The notes under the pieces were generated by a model. It ran no database searches. It saw only the letters and a list, made by a program, of their open reading frames with translations, and was not told where the DNA came from. Shown one piece after another: positions 22,427 through 35,399 of a stretch of 64,000 nucleotides of DNA (positions are counted from its first letter, which is position 1; each line of letters starts with the position of its first letter). Made by a program: the position numbers and the translations under genes. Origin of the DNA: Clostridiaceae bacterium (lineage in GTDB: Bacteria; Bacillota; Clostridia; CAYPLH01; DUMO01); assembly GCA_012839865.1 (NCBI GenBank), contig DUMO01000068.1, positions 183 through 64,182 on the forward strand, in the 5' to 3' direction.

Positions 22427-23296
22427 TTATGACAGCAGGTTTGCAGCCCTTAGAATTTTCCTGGTGGATACAGGTCTGTTCATTGTATAAAGATGAATCC
22501 CGGGGGCTCCGTTTTCAATTAATTCACTTATTTGTTCCGCTGCATATTCTATGCCTGCCTTTAGCATATCATCAGGGTTGCCGCTGTACTTATCCATAAG
22601 AAGAACAAGTTTTGCCGGGATGGAGCACCCGCTCCTGAGGCACATGGTTTTAATCTGGTCCGCGGCAAAGACCGGCATAATCCCCGGCATAACGGGACAA
22701 CTTATGCCATGGTCTGAAATTCTTTCAACAAAGTCAAAGTACAGCCGGTTGTCAAAGAAAAGCTGTGTTATTAAAAAGTCAACCCCATGGTCCACTTTGA
22801 TTTTCAAGTGTTTTATGTCATCCAAAATCCGTGCAGACTCTACATGGCCTTCCGTATAGGCGGCAGCGGCAATACAGAATTTATTTTTGGAATGAATATG
22901 CCGTACCAGGTCACTTGCATAACGGTATGCACAGCCGGTGAAATCATAATCGGGCTTATCCCGCGGCGGGTCACCTCTTAATGCCAGTATGTTTTCAAGA
23001 CCTTCCTCGGACATGATTTCAAGGAGGTTGTCAATTTCCTCTTCTTGATGGCAGACGCATGTAAAATGTGCCATGCTTTCAATGCCATATTCTGATTTTA
23101 TTTTGGAAGCAACATCAATCGTGTTTCTTTTTGTTGAACCGCCTGCTCCATAGGTTACACTTATATAGTCAGGGTTTAAGGCTTTAAATTTTTCCAGGGA
23201 ATTATATATGGTTTCAATGGGTGTATTCTGTTTGGGCGGAAAAATCTCAAAACCCAGGACAGGCTTTTTGCTTTTTATTATATCTATAATTTTCAT
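22427..23296 (-). CDS. metF: 5,10-methylenetetrahydrofolate reductase (MetF)
   Basis: 289 aa. The TIM-barrel MTHFR signature (ISVTYGAGGSTKRNT, AHFTC) and a C-terminal region typical of bacterial MetF. Confidence 0.85.
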   Translation of the reverse strand: MKIIDIIKSKKPVLGFEIFPPKQNTPIETIYNSLEKFKALNPDYISVTYGAGGSTKRNTIDVASKIKSEYGIESMAHFTCVCHQEEEIDNLLEIMSEEGLENILALRGDPPRDKPDYDFTGCAYRYASDLVRHIHSKNKFCIAAAAYTEGHVESARILDDIKHLKIKVDHGVDFLITQLFFDNRLYFDFVERISDHGISCPVMPGIMPVFAADQIKTMCLRSGCSIPAKLVLLMDKYSGNPDDMLKAGIEYAAEQISELIENGAPGIHLYTMNRPVSTRKILRAANLLS

Positions 23297-23477
23297 AATA
23301 TCCTCCAGAATATTTTTGTACCATTATAGCAGGTTCGACTCGGAATTGTCAAGGCATCAACTACAGCTAAATTCAATTATATTCAATCTATATACAGCTA
23401 TCGGTAGATTGTTTTTTAAGTGTATTTCAAATATTTTCACGAACTACAGCTCTAATATAGGTTAAAAGCAAAAAAAA

Positions 23478-23681
23478 GAAATGTATGCAGAACAATAACA
23501 AGGCTCTTATTTTTAGAAAACCAGCGGTTCGCTGAAGGCAATAATGCTACCGCTTTTTACTCGCCCCCCGTGGCTCGAAAAAGCTAAAAAAACATCCTGT
23601 TTTTTTCACGCATTTTTGCCTTCAGCTCACCTGGTCTTCTGACAAAATAAAGCCAATTGTTTATTGTTCTGCATACATTTC
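23478..23681. repeat. MITE-like nested inverted-repeat element (about 204 bp) with ~36-bp terminal inverted repeats
   Basis: Left arm GAAATGTATGCAGAACAATAACAAGGCTCTTATTTT (23478-23514). Right arm AAAATAAAGCCAATTGTTTATTGTTCTGCATACATTTC (23644-23681). These are near-perfect reverse complements. An inner inverted repeat GCTGAAGGCAA / TTGCCTTCAGC is also present. The right-arm motif recurs at 59238-59276. Confidence 0.6.
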
Positions 23682-23825
23682 TTTCTTTGCCATGCCAACT
23701 CTGCATTACTGTATTTTACTTGCTGTTCACCGGAAGGCTAATTATGCTTGATGTCAGTTGTTGTGGTTGACTAACACAGGCTGCAATAGTAAAATATAAA
23801 AAAAGCTGTAAGAGGGGGAACAAGA

Positions 23826-26061
<2,236 letters not shown>

Positions 26062-26091
26062 TCACGTGCCAAACATTCACTAAAGCTCAAG

Positions 26092-26754
26092 GTGGAGCAG
26101 CGTGTGATTTTCATGGGGAGTGTATTTTTAATGGGGATCAAAGCAGGGGAAGTCGTATCCATAAGGCATTATTCGGGGTTTTATCCTTTTAAAAGCGTTA
26201 TTCTGGATTATCAAGGTGATAACATCATAATAAAGCTTACAAGGGATTTTTCGCAAATGAACTTTCTGGAAGGCGATCCTGTTGTAATGACTCTTTTGGT
26301 AGAGGAAGAGGTAATTTCCATAGGCTGTCTTATTTCCCAGATACACAGCGACAAGGGTATTGTACATTTGAAAATTGACAGCATTGAAAGACAGCCTGAA
26401 AGACGGGAACATCCAAGATACCCTGTTTCCTTGTATGCTGATGTCAGAAAGCATGAGACGAGGAGAAAATATCTTGCGATAATAAAAGATATTAATTTTT
26501 ACGGGATTTGTCTATATTCAAAAGCAGAATTTGATTTGAACGACCACTTGGAATTATCCATGTATGTGGACCTGAACATGGTTTTCCTTGATACTGTCCT
26601 TGTCCGCAAGGAAAACCGGGATAAACATTTTGAATATGGAGCAAGAATTATCTATAAAGATGAATCTACCATGAATTTGATGGAGGAATACTTGAAAAAA
26701 TTGAAAAATTCATATGAGAGCGATATTAAAAAGTTCAAGAATATGATTGAATGA
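26092..26754 (+). CDS. PilZ-domain protein (putative c-di-GMP receptor)
   Basis: RREHPRYPV (RxxxR) followed by the DINFYGICL (DxSxxG-like) PilZ motifs in the C-terminal half. The start codon is uncertain (several in-frame Met/GTG). Confidence 0.6.
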   Translation: MEQRVIFMGSVFLMGIKAGEVVSIRHYSGFYPFKSVILDYQGDNIIIKLTRDFSQMNFLEGDPVVMTLLVEEEVISIGCLISQIHSDKGIVHLKIDSIERQPERREHPRYPVSLYADVRKHETRRKYLAIIKDINFYGICLYSKAEFDLNDHLELSMYVDLNMVFLDTVLVRKENRDKHFEYGARIIYKDESTMNLMEEYLKKLKNSYESDIKKFKNMIE

Positions 26755-27065
26755 TGTTCGTTTCTCCGGGTTTTTTCCATGGAGGACAGGCTTTTTTGTG
26801 ATTTCTCAGACGCTATTGCTTTTCTAAACTATCAGATTTGACACAGCGCATAGTTTTCGTTTATCTTTAAGTTTCTTTTTATATACCAATAATATATAAT
26901 AATTGTAGTTGTATTCAGAGGGGATCAGCAGGTTTGACAGCTCCCGGGGGAGGCTTTTTCAAGCACTCTGCATTGCCATGGATATTGCAAGGATGGATTT
27001 ATCAGGTTTTCTGCCATGCTTTTTATAAATGTTGAAAATTACAAAATTTCAAGCGGAGGTTTAAT

Positions 27066-28004
27066 ATGTTTTCAGTTAACTTGAAGGAAATTGCAGATGA
27101 ATTTCAGCTTGAGGTGGTTACTTGCGCTGATAAAATAAATGAAAAAGTTATTACAACCCCGGAAATGAACCGGCCAGGTCTTCAACTTGCAGGCTTTTTG
27201 AAACATGTAGGAGAAGACAGGATACAGATCATCGGAAATGCCGAAACAGCTTACCTTGATGAATTAAGCCCTGATGAACGGATGAAAAGGCTGGAGGATT
27301 TTTTCAAATTTAATTTTCCCTGTGTTATTGTTGCAAGAGGCCTTGAGGTGTGTGCTGAACTCAAATGTGTTTCTGAGCAATATGGCATACCAGTTTTAAG
27401 GACCAAAGAAATAACTTCCAGGTTTTTCAGCTATCTTGCCAACTACCTGAATGTACAGCTTGCCCCCAGGGAAAACAGGCATGGAGTGCTGGTTGAAGTG
27501 TATGGGGAAGGTATTCTTATTCTGGGTGAAAGCAATGTAGGAAAGAGTGAAACCGCCCTGGAGCTTTTGAAAAGAGGGCACAGGCTTGTTGCAGATGACA
27601 ATGTTGAAATAAGAAAGGTTTCAGACAGAACCCTCGTAGGAACAGCTCCTGATATAATAAGGCATTTCATGGAGATAAGAGCCATAGGTATATTAGATGT
27701 AAAAACACTTTTCGGTGTCGGTTCTGTAAAGATGACTGAAAAGATAAATCTGGTCATTCACCTGGAAAAATGGGATGAAAACAAGACATATGACAGGCTT
27801 GGACTGGTGGAGGAGTACACCGAAATACTCGGAGTAAAAATTCCCCTTTTAAGTGTACCTGTAAGGCCAGGCCGAAATCTGGCAATGATTGTTGAAGTGG
27901 CGGCAATGAACAACCGGCAGAAGACCATGGGCTATAATGCAGCCAAGGTGCTGAGCGAAAGGATTATGGCCGAAATTGGAAGGAAATCTGCTGAGGATGC
28001 ATAA
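27066..28004 (+). CDS. hprK: HPr kinase/phosphorylase
   Basis: Walker A GESNVGKSETALEL plus the HprK family signature region. 312 aa. Confidence 0.9.
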   Translation: MFSVNLKEIADEFQLEVVTCADKINEKVITTPEMNRPGLQLAGFLKHVGEDRIQIIGNAETAYLDELSPDERMKRLEDFFKFNFPCVIVARGLEVCAELKCVSEQYGIPVLRTKEITSRFFSYLANYLNVQLAPRENRHGVLVEVYGEGILILGESNVGKSETALELLKRGHRLVADDNVEIRKVSDRTLVGTAPDIIRHFMEIRAIGILDVKTLFGVGSVKMTEKINLVIHLEKWDENKTYDRLGLVEEYTEILGVKIPLLSVPVRPGRNLAMIVEVAAMNNRQKTMGYNAAKVLSERIMAEIGRKSAEDA

Positions 28005-28187
28005 AATTATGTAATAAGGCACACAGTTTTTGCAAAAACCCAACCGAAAACCCATGAGTAGTCACCGGGCTGTAGGTTTAATGCAGATTGAATTTTAAGC
28101 AGCAATTGCAAACTGAAGTGATAAGCTTATATATAAACGGACGCGGGTCCGCATTGAATCAGTACAGTAATTGCAGCAGGAGGAGTT

Positions 28188-29111
28188 ATGGTACATTTTG
28201 ACAAAACGGATATTGCACGTTTATTGGCTGGAATAACAGGTCATGATAAAATTTTCCCCGATGAACCAATGAAAAATCATACTTCCTTCAAAATAGGAGG
28301 ACCTGCTGATGTACTTGTCCTGCCTGAAAGTATAGAACAGATTGCCAAAATAGTGGATTTTTGCAATACACAAAATATACCTTTTCTTGTTATTGGCAAC
28401 GGGACAAATCTTCTGGTGAAAGATAAGGGTATTCGCGGAGTGGTAATAAAGCTTTGCAGCAACTTCAACAGGATAGCAGTGTGTGAAAATAAAATACTGG
28501 CCCAGGCAGGAGCCCTGTTGTCGAAAATATCCGTAGTGGCGATGGAAAACAGGCTTTCCGGGATGGAACAGATATCCGGGATACCGGGAACCCTGGGCGG
28601 TGCCGTGACCATGAATGCAGGGGCATATGGCCTGGAGATGAAAGAGATAATTGTAAAAACAAAATATCTGGATACTGAAGGCAGGATTTTGGAAATAGAC
28701 AATGCAGCCCACAACTTCGAAAACAGGACCAGCATATTTCAACATAACGGGGGCATTGTTCTGGAGTCGGTTATTTCCCTTTATCCGGGAGATAAAAATG
28801 AAATACGTGAAAAGATGAAAGAGTATAAAAGACGGAGAAATGAAAAGCAGCCTGTGGAACTTCCCAGTGCCGGAAGTGTGTTTAGAAGGCCTCCCGGTTA
28901 TTATGCCGGCAAGTTGATTGAAGATTGCGGTTTAAAGGGCTTCAAAATAGGTGGAGCGGAGGTTTCCCCGAAACATGGAGGTTTTATAGTAAACACAAAC
29001 AATGCCAGCGCCAGGGATGTATTGGAGCTGATAGAATATATTCAGAACATGGTTTATTCAAGGTTCGGAGTGGAGCTTAACACTGAAGTTAAAATTGTTG
29101 GTGAAGACTAG
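28188..29111 (+). CDS. murB: UDP-N-acetylenolpyruvoylglucosamine reductase (MurB)
   Basis: FAD-binding PCMH domain ([17 protein letters not shown]) and the MurB C-terminal domain. 307 aa. Confidence 0.9.
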   Translation: MVHFDKTDIARLLAGITGHDKIFPDEPMKNHTSFKIGGPADVLVLPESIEQIAKIVDFCNTQNIPFLVIGNGTNLLVKDKGIRGVVIKLCSNFNRIAVCENKILAQAGALLSKISVVAMENRLSGMEQISGIPGTLGGAVTMNAGAYGLEMKEIIVKTKYLDTEGRILEIDNAAHNFENRTSIFQHNGGIVLESVISLYPGDKNEIREKMKEYKRRRNEKQPVELPSAGSVFRRPPGYYAGKLIEDCGLKGFKIGGAEVSPKHGGFIVNTNNASARDVLELIEYIQNMVYSRFGVELNTEVKIVGED

Positions 29112-29130
29112 ACGGAAGAAGAGGGTACAA

Positions 29131-30006
29131 ATGAGATTCGTTATAATTACAGGAGTTTCAGGAGCTGGGAAGAGCCAGGCAATGAAGTGTTTGGAGGACA
29201 TAGGCTTTTTTTGTGTGGATAATTTGCCGCCTGAACTGATACCTAAATTTGCGGAGATAAGCTCAAAGACCCGAGGCAAGATGGAGAAGATTGCCATGGT
29301 TATTGATATCAGGGGCGGTGAGCTTTTCAAGGACCTGCTTCCTGGTCTTGAAGGTTTAAAGGAAGCCGGCCTGCCGTACGAAATTCTTTTTCTCGAAGCC
29401 TCCGACAGCGTACTTATCAAAAGATACAAGGAGAGCAGGAGGATGCATCCCCTTGCACCGGAGGGCAGCCTGATAAAAGGAATCCATGAAGAGAGAAGAA
29501 TACTGACGGAAGTAAAGAAGAAAGCCAATCACATAATTGACACTTCAAGCATGACTCCCAGACAGCTTAAAGAGGAAATAGTAAAAATATTTGTGGAAGG
29601 CAGGGTCTTTTCGGGTTTGATTATAAACATCAATTCCTTTGGTTTTAAATATGGAATTCCAATAGACAGCGACTTGGTTTTTGATGTAAGGTTTCTTCCC
29701 AATCCTTTTTATGAAAAATCTCTGAAGGAGCTTACAGGTTTGAATGAAGCGGTTAAGGAATATGTGATGAAAAGTCCTGAAACAAAGGAATTTCTCGACA
29801 GGGTAACTGACTTGCTGGAGTTTTTGATTCCAAACTATATCAAAGAAGGCAAAACACAGCTTGTTATCGGAATAGGATGTACGGGAGGAAAACACCGGTC
29901 TGTGGTAATTGCAGACTCACTTCATAAAATATTATCAGAGAAACAGCATACTGTTTTTGTTGACCATAGAGATATTGGCAAGGACAGAGGAGGAGTCACC
30001 AGGTGA
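29131..30006 (+). CDS. rapZ: RNase adapter protein RapZ (YvcJ; P-loop nucleotide-binding)
   Basis: [17 protein letters not shown] Walker A at the N-terminus. The ATG at 29131 follows RBS GAAGAGGG. Conserved hprK-murB-rapZ-yvcK-whiA neighbourhood. Confidence 0.88.
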   Translation: MRFVIITGVSGAGKSQAMKCLEDIGFFCVDNLPPELIPKFAEISSKTRGKMEKIAMVIDIRGGELFKDLLPGLEGLKEAGLPYEILFLEASDSVLIKRYKESRRMHPLAPEGSLIKGIHEERRILTEVKKKANHIIDTSSMTPRQLKEEIVKIFVEGRVFSGLIININSFGFKYGIPIDSDLVFDVRFLPNPFYEKSLKELTGLNEAVKEYVMKSPETKEFLDRVTDLLEFLIPNYIKEGKTQLVIGIGCTGGKHRSVVIADSLHKILSEKQHTVFVDHRDIGKDRGGVTR

Positions 30007-31127
30007 ATAACCTTTTAAAAAAATGCATTAGGTTTCTTTCAAATCGCAGCTTGAAAATGTCTTTGGATACCGAATGGATGAGGAAATTGCTTTCTGACAA
30101 AAAGTTTCTGGTATATGGACCAAAGATTGTTGCCATAGGAGGAGGAACAGGCCTGTCCACAATGTTGAGGGGACTAAAGGAGTACAGCGCCAATATTACC
30201 GCTGTTGTAACCGTGGCAGATGATGGAGGCGGTTCAGGTGTTTTAAGGCAGGATCTCGGGCTTTTGCCTCCCGGAGACATCAGGAACTGCCTTCTTGCTC
30301 TTGCAAATACCGAGCCCATAATGGAGCAGCTTTTGCAATACAGGTTTCAGGACGGCATGCTGAAAGGTCAAAGTTTTGGCAATCTGTTTATTGCGGCAAT
30401 GAATGGAATTTCCGACAATTTCGTGGAAGCGGTAAGGAAAATGAGCGATGTCCTTGCGGTAACAGGGAGAGTGCTGCCGGTAACCATCAATGATGTAAGG
30501 CTGGTTGCAGAACTGGAAGACGGATTTATCGTAAAAGGGGAATCAAATATCGGGAATCACAACAGCCTGCATCCCGGAGCCATCAAGCGTGTTTTTATTG
30601 AACCTTCCAATGCACAGCCCCTGGATGAAGTAATAGAATCCATCCTGGAGGCTGATGCTGTCATATTAGGTCCGGGGAGTCTCTTCACCAGCATTATTCC
30701 CAACTTGTTGATCAAAGGAGTAGCAGATGCCATTAAAAAATCCCCCGCTATTAAAATTTATGTGTGCAACATCATGACTCAGCCGGGGGAAACTGATGGC
30801 TTCAATGTCCTGGACCATGTAAGAGCGGTTGAAAACCACAGCTTTTCCGGAATAGTGGATTACTGCATAGTAAACCAATCAGAGATTCCGGAAGAATTTT
30901 TGGAAAAATACAGGCAGGAAGGAGCTGAACCGGTTTTACTGGCAAATGATTCTGATTTAATTGGCACTGAAGTCATAACTGATGACTATTTAAGCTTGTT
31001 TAAGGGTAAAATAAGACACGATGCAAAGAAGCTTTCCAAAGCAATCATGCAGCTTGTTGCCGAAAGCGTGATTGCCAGAGATAAACAGAGATTGCTGGAC
31101 TACTATTTTGTAAAGGAACGGCTGTAA
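30003..31127 (+). CDS. yvcK: Gluconeogenesis factor YvcK (CofD/UPF0052 family)
   Basis: [17 protein letters not shown] and VADDGGGSG motifs of the CofD-like family. GTG start overlapping the rapZ stop. Alternative internal Met starts are possible. Confidence 0.82.
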   Translation: MNNLLKKCIRFLSNRSLKMSLDTEWMRKLLSDKKFLVYGPKIVAIGGGTGLSTMLRGLKEYSANITAVVTVADDGGGSGVLRQDLGLLPPGDIRNCLLALANTEPIMEQLLQYRFQDGMLKGQSFGNLFIAAMNGISDNFVEAVRKMSDVLAVTGRVLPVTINDVRLVAELEDGFIVKGESNIGNHNSLHPGAIKRVFIEPSNAQPLDEVIESILEADAVILGPGSLFTSIIPNLLIKGVADAIKKSPAIKIYVCNIMTQPGETDGFNVLDHVRAVENHSFSGIVDYCIVNQSEIPEEFLEKYRQEGAEPVLLANDSDLIGTEVITDDYLSLFKGKIRHDAKKLSKAIMQLVAESVIARDKQRLLDYYFVKERL

Positions 31128-31322
31128 ATAGTAAAAGGGATTATATATGCATAATGCGTGAAAGGCGAAGTACGTGGTTGAGCATAAAAATACAGCCATT
31201 CAATGCATATTCTGTGCAAATGGGGGGTTGAGGCAACCTGCAGTTAGGAGCAGGATACGGCTCCATAGCAAATTGCAGGAGCTTGAGTGCTTTAAAAGAA
31301 TCAGTGCATCCGGGGTGGACCT

Positions 31323-33317
31323 ATGGAATTTGGAAAATCCGAATGGAGAACCTATGAGCAGGGCACCGGCAAGGAATGGTTGTTGACAAACGGTATTGGC
31401 GGGTTTGCCTCCTCTACCGTAATCGGTGCGAACACAAGAAGGTATCACGGGTTATTGATTGCTTCTTTAAATCCGCCTGTAAAAAGGCATCTCATCATAT
31501 CAAACCTTCATGAAAGCCTTATAATTGACAATGAAACCTTCAATCTTCACTCCTTTCAAACCCCGGGATTTACAATGAAAGGATTTTACCACCTTCAAGG
31601 CTTCAAAAAGAAATACCTTCCTGAATTCATATATAATGCCGCTGATGTCTGGATAGTCAAAAAAATAGGTATGGTGTACGGGCAAAACACCGTTGTGATA
31701 ACATATACCGTCAGGGGTGGCTCAAGGCATGCAAAACTGAATATTGTGCCCCTTGTGAATTTCAGGGATTATCATAACAATTCTGCAAGATGTTATATGG
31801 AGTTTTCCCACAAAGTGGAAAGTGGCAAGGTAAGCTTAAAACCATACCACCTAGATGTTGATATTGACATTTATTTCAGCGAAGGGAAATTTTCATCCTG
31901 GGAGAACAGCTGGTTCTTTAATATGGAGTATGCAAGGGAAAAGGACAGGGGGCTTCATGCAACGGAAGACCACTACATGCCCGGACAATTGGAAATCGAG
32001 ATTTTGCCTTATGAAATAAAGAGAATAAGCATAGTGGCAACTTGTGAAGGGAAGCTTTGCACTTGTGATGGATTTACTCTTGTTGAGGAAGAGGAAAACC
32101 GCTTGAAATCCATTGCTGAAGCAGCAGGGTGCGATGATGATTTTATGAGGCATCTAGTATTGGCTGCGGACAGTTTTATTGTTCACAGGAATTCAACAAA
32201 AGCAAAGACCATTGTTGCAGGATATCCCTGGTTTACCGACTGGGGCAGGGATGCAATGATATCCTTTGCAGGGCTGACTTTGACAACAGGAAGATATGAC
32301 GATGCCAGGGAGATTCTTTGCACCTTTTCAAAATATGTCAGGAACGGACTTGTCCCGAACATGTTTCCCGACGAGGGGCAGGAACCTGCTTACAACAGTG
32401 CAGATGCATCACTCTGGTATTTTGAAGCTGTAAACAGGTTTATCGGGCACACCGGGGACTATGGCTTTGTCAAAGAATACATTTATGCAGTGCTGAAAAG
32501 CATTATTGCCTCATATATGAACGGTACCCGCTTCGATATAAAAATGGATGATGACGGCTTAATCCGGGCAGGAAACCCCAATACCCAAATTACGTGGATG
32601 GATGCCAAAATCGGAGATTATATTGCAACCCCAAGGCATGGAAAGCCGGTTGAAATAAACGCCTTGTGGTACAACGCCCTCAAAGTAATGGAAAAGATGG
32701 CTGATAAGTTTGGTGATTCCGATGAAGGTCTGTACAGGATTGTTTCGGAAAAAATCAAAAAAAGTTTCATAAAGGAATTCTGGTATGCTGAAGGGGGCTA
32801 TCTTTATGATGTTATCGGTGAAACTAGGGATGTAAGCCTCAGACCAAACCAACTTCTGGCCTTAAGCCTTTCTTATCCTTTAATAAACGGAGAAAAAGCC
32901 AAATCAATACTGGCCAGAGTCTGGTCAAAACTGTACACGGTTTACGGGCTTCGAACTTTATCTCCCGATTCTCCCGGGTATAGAGGTGTATATTTCGGAC
33001 CTCAGTCTGAAAGAGATCTGGCTTATCACCAGGGAACCGTATGGCCATGGCTGACAGGACCCTTCGTTGACTCAATAGCAAACACATATGGATTGACTGA
33101 AAACGTAAGGGAATTGATAGGGCATGTTTTAAGCCGGTTCAAAAGCCACTTGTTTAATGACGCATGCATAGGATTTATTTCAGAGATTTTTGACGGTAAC
33201 GACCCCCAATATCCAAGGGGTTGCATAGCTCAGGCCTGGAGTGTGGGGGAAGTGCTGAGAACATACTGGAAGTATGTCTATGCCACACAGCAGCATAAGG
33301 AAGAAAATAATCCTTAA
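31323..33317 (+). CDS. Amylo-alpha-1,6-glucosidase / glycogen debranching enzyme-type glycoside hydrolase (GDE_C-like, GH133-like)
   Basis: 664 aa with GYPWFTDWGRDAMISFAGLTL, which matches the WFxxWGRD signature of bacterial/archaeal GDE-type (alpha/alpha)6-barrel hydrolases. RBS GGGGTGGA. Confidence 0.6.
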   Translation: MEFGKSEWRTYEQGTGKEWLLTNGIGGFASSTVIGANTRRYHGLLIASLNPPVKRHLIISNLHESLIIDNETFNLHSFQTPGFTMKGFYHLQGFKKKYLPEFIYNAADVWIVKKIGMVYGQNTVVITYTVRGGSRHAKLNIVPLVNFRDYHNNSARCYMEFSHKVESGKVSLKPYHLDVDIDIYFSEGKFSSWENSWFFNMEYAREKDRGLHATEDHYMPGQLEIEILPYEIKRISIVATCEGKLCTCDGFTLVEEEENRLKSIAEAAGCDDDFMRHLVLAADSFIVHRNSTKAKTIVAGYPWFTDWGRDAMISFAGLTLTTGRYDDAREILCTFSKYVRNGLVPNMFPDEGQEPAYNSADASLWYFEAVNRFIGHTGDYGFVKEYIYAVLKSIIASYMNGTRFDIKMDDDGLIRAGNPNTQITWMDAKIGDYIATPRHGKPVEINALWYNALKVMEKMADKFGDSDEGLYRIVSEKIKKSFIKEFWYAEGGYLYDVIGETRDVSLRPNQLLALSLSYPLINGEKAKSILARVWSKLYTVYGLRTLSPDSPGYRGVYFGPQSERDLAYHQGTVWPWLTGPFVDSIANTYGLTENVRELIGHVLSRFKSHLFNDACIGFISEIFDGNDPQYPRGCIAQAWSVGEVLRTYWKYVYATQQHKEENNP

Positions 33318-33579
33318 TGAATGAACTGCATGCTATATATATAGGCTATTATTTATTTTGAGAAAGCACATGGGTGCTGAATGCAAATGCATGAAAAAAA
33401 CACTTCCAGCAATAATCCGATATGGCTTGCCAAGGCTATTTACATTGAGAATTTCCTGTGTTATATTAAAAATAAGGCTTTTAGTAATTTTATATAAATA
33501 AAAGCATATATTTTTGTATAAAATGATTATCCCCCATAAAGTGAAATATGGACTTTCTTGTGAAACAGGGGTGTATGCT

Positions 33580-34521
33580 TTGTCTTTTTCATTAACGGTA
33601 AAAAATGAATTGTGCCGGATTGAGATGGCGGATAAATGTTGTCTTGCGTCCGAGCTGGAAGGCATAATAAATACAAATGGCATCTTAAAGAAAGAGCAAA
33701 GAGGTCTTTATATACAATTAACTACTGAAAATTCCGCATTTGCACGCAGGGTATTCTCAATAATAAAAGTTCTGTACAAAGTAAATCCACAGGTGGCAAT
33801 CCGTAAAAGCAAAAGACTTAAAAAACACGTTCTCTACTCTGTTTCAATGCCGGTAAATGATTCGTTGAAAAACAATATCATGCAATATGAAAACAGCAGT
33901 TTAAACACTGCTCATAGCCTGCCTGCTGACGGCAATAAGGCCAACAGTTGCTGCAAAAGGGCCTATTTAAGGGGTGCATTCCTTGCAGGGGGTTCCATAA
34001 GCGACCCGGAAAAGACATATCATCTGGAGATTTCCTGCCGTACCCGTGCAACTGCGGTGGAACTTAAAAAATTGATAAACAGTTTTGGCTTGAACAGCAA
34101 GATAATTAAAAGAAAAAGCGGTTTTATAACATACCTTAAAGAGGGAGAAAACATTGCTGATTTTCTTAACATCATCTATGCTCACAATGCTCTTTTAGAG
34201 TTTGAGAATATCAGGATTTTAAAGGAAATGCGCAATAATGTGAACCGAATAGTAAACTGTGAGACTGCAAATCTTGAAAAAACTGTAAATGCATCGGTAA
34301 GACAGGTTGAAAAAATCAAGTACATTAAAAAACACATTGGTTTAGAAAACCTTCCGGACAGCCTGCGGGAAATTGCCGAACTAAGACTTAAATACAGCGA
34401 TGCTAACCTTGTAGAATTGGGGAAAATGCTCAATCCTCCTCTTGGAAAGTCGGGGGTGAATCACAGGCTTCGCAAGTTGGAAAGAATAGCCGAAGACATT
34501 AAAACATTGGAGGGGCGTTAA
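33580..34521 (+). CDS. whiA: Sporulation/cell-division transcription regulator WhiA
   Basis: LAGLIDADG-like repeats followed by a C-terminal HTH. A TTG start at 33580 gives the MSFSLTVKNELCRI-type N-terminus typical of WhiA. The ORF is open from 33514. Confidence 0.82.
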   Translation: MSFSLTVKNELCRIEMADKCCLASELEGIINTNGILKKEQRGLYIQLTTENSAFARRVFSIIKVLYKVNPQVAIRKSKRLKKHVLYSVSMPVNDSLKNNIMQYENSSLNTAHSLPADGNKANSCCKRAYLRGAFLAGGSISDPEKTYHLEISCRTRATAVELKKLINSFGLNSKIIKRKSGFITYLKEGENIADFLNIIYAHNALLEFENIRILKEMRNNVNRIVNCETANLEKTVNASVRQVEKIKYIKKHIGLENLPDSLREIAELRLKYSDANLVELGKMLNPPLGKSGVNHRLRKLERIAEDIKTLEGR

Positions 34522-34522
34522 A

Positions 34523-34786
34523 GTGATTGAAAAAAATGTTTTGGTTGATAATCCGACGGGGCTAAATGCAAAGACAGCTGCATTGCTTGTACAGGTTGCA
34601 GGAAAATTCAGTTCAAATATCTGGATTAAAAAGGAAGATAAAAGGGTGAATGCTAAAAGCATTATAGCGCTAATGTCTCTTGCCATTTCAAAAGGCACGG
34701 ACATTACCATTGAAGCTGAAGGGGAAGACGAACAGCTTGCCATAAATGAACTAACTGAATTATTTCAATTCGGCCTGGGAGATTAA
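34523..34786 (+). CDS. crh: HPr-like phosphocarrier paralog (Crh-like; the His15 position is Asn, Ser46 is present)
   Basis: 87 aa HPr fold. The phosphorylation loop reads GLNAKTAA instead of GLHARPA. The Ser46 region KSIIALMSL is conserved. Position after whiA as for Bacillus crh. Confidence 0.75.
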   Translation: MIEKNVLVDNPTGLNAKTAALLVQVAGKFSSNIWIKKEDKRVNAKSIIALMSLAISKGTDITIEAEGEDEQLAINELTELFQFGLGD

Positions 34787-34944
34787 ATACTTCCATCTTT
34801 TCGACAAAACAAAACATTTTCCAACGAAGGATATTTTAAATAAGTGGAGAAGAATAATCAAGTTGCTGTTTTAATTATTGACTTGGGAAATTGCTGTTAT
34901 TTACCCGGCGACAAACAAAGCCTTGGGTGAAATTTGTACTGGCA

Positions 34945-34977
34945 GGAGGGGTAAGGGTAAGCCCTCCGGTTTTTCTT
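34945..34977 (+). terminator. Hairpin plus T-tract (terminator or attenuator) between crh and spoIIAA
   Basis: GGAGGG-11 nt-CCCTCC followed by GGTTTTTCTT. Confidence 0.4.
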
Positions 34978-35049
34978 GAGGTGGGCAATTGCCTGATACC
35001 TTGCAGCAAAGCTCTTTGTCACAGTCTGCAAAAAGAGGAGGAAATAGTT

Positions 35050-35385
35050 TTGAACGTGGAGTTTCTCAACAAAGGCACGGCATTAGTAATAAAAATAAAA
35101 GGAGAACTGGACCATCATACAGCCGAGGATGTCCGGCAGAAAATTGACAATGAAATAATGAAGTCTGTTGCAAAAAATGTGGTATTTGATTTTTCCGAAG
35201 TGAGTTTCATGGACAGTTCAGGTATAGGGGTCATAATGGGCAGGTACAAAAACCTGAAGCAACTTCGCGGAAAGGTTTCCCTTGTAAATTTAAAGCCCCA
35301 GTTAAAGAAAATTTTCGATATGTCGGGAGTTTTCAAATATGTTCCGGTATATGAAAGTATACATGAAGCCATTAATGCAATGTAA
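35050..35385 (+). CDS. spoIIAA: Anti-sigma F factor antagonist SpoIIAA (STAS domain)
   Basis: A TTG start 8 nt after AGGAGG gives a 111-aa STAS protein ([28 protein letters not shown]...). The phosphorylatable Ser is in DSSGIG. The ORF-track start at 34891 has no RBS. Confidence 0.8.
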   Translation: MNVEFLNKGTALVIKIKGELDHHTAEDVRQKIDNEIMKSVAKNVVFDFSEVSFMDSSGIGVIMGRYKNLKQLRGKVSLVNLKPQLKKIFDMSGVFKYVPVYESIHEAINAM

Positions 35386-35399
35386 AGGGAGAGAGCAAA

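Noticed and set aside
33318-33513. TTGAGA / TGTTATATT promoter-like hexamers upstream of whiA
   Set aside because: The spacer is only about 11 bp, which is incompatible with SigA geometry.
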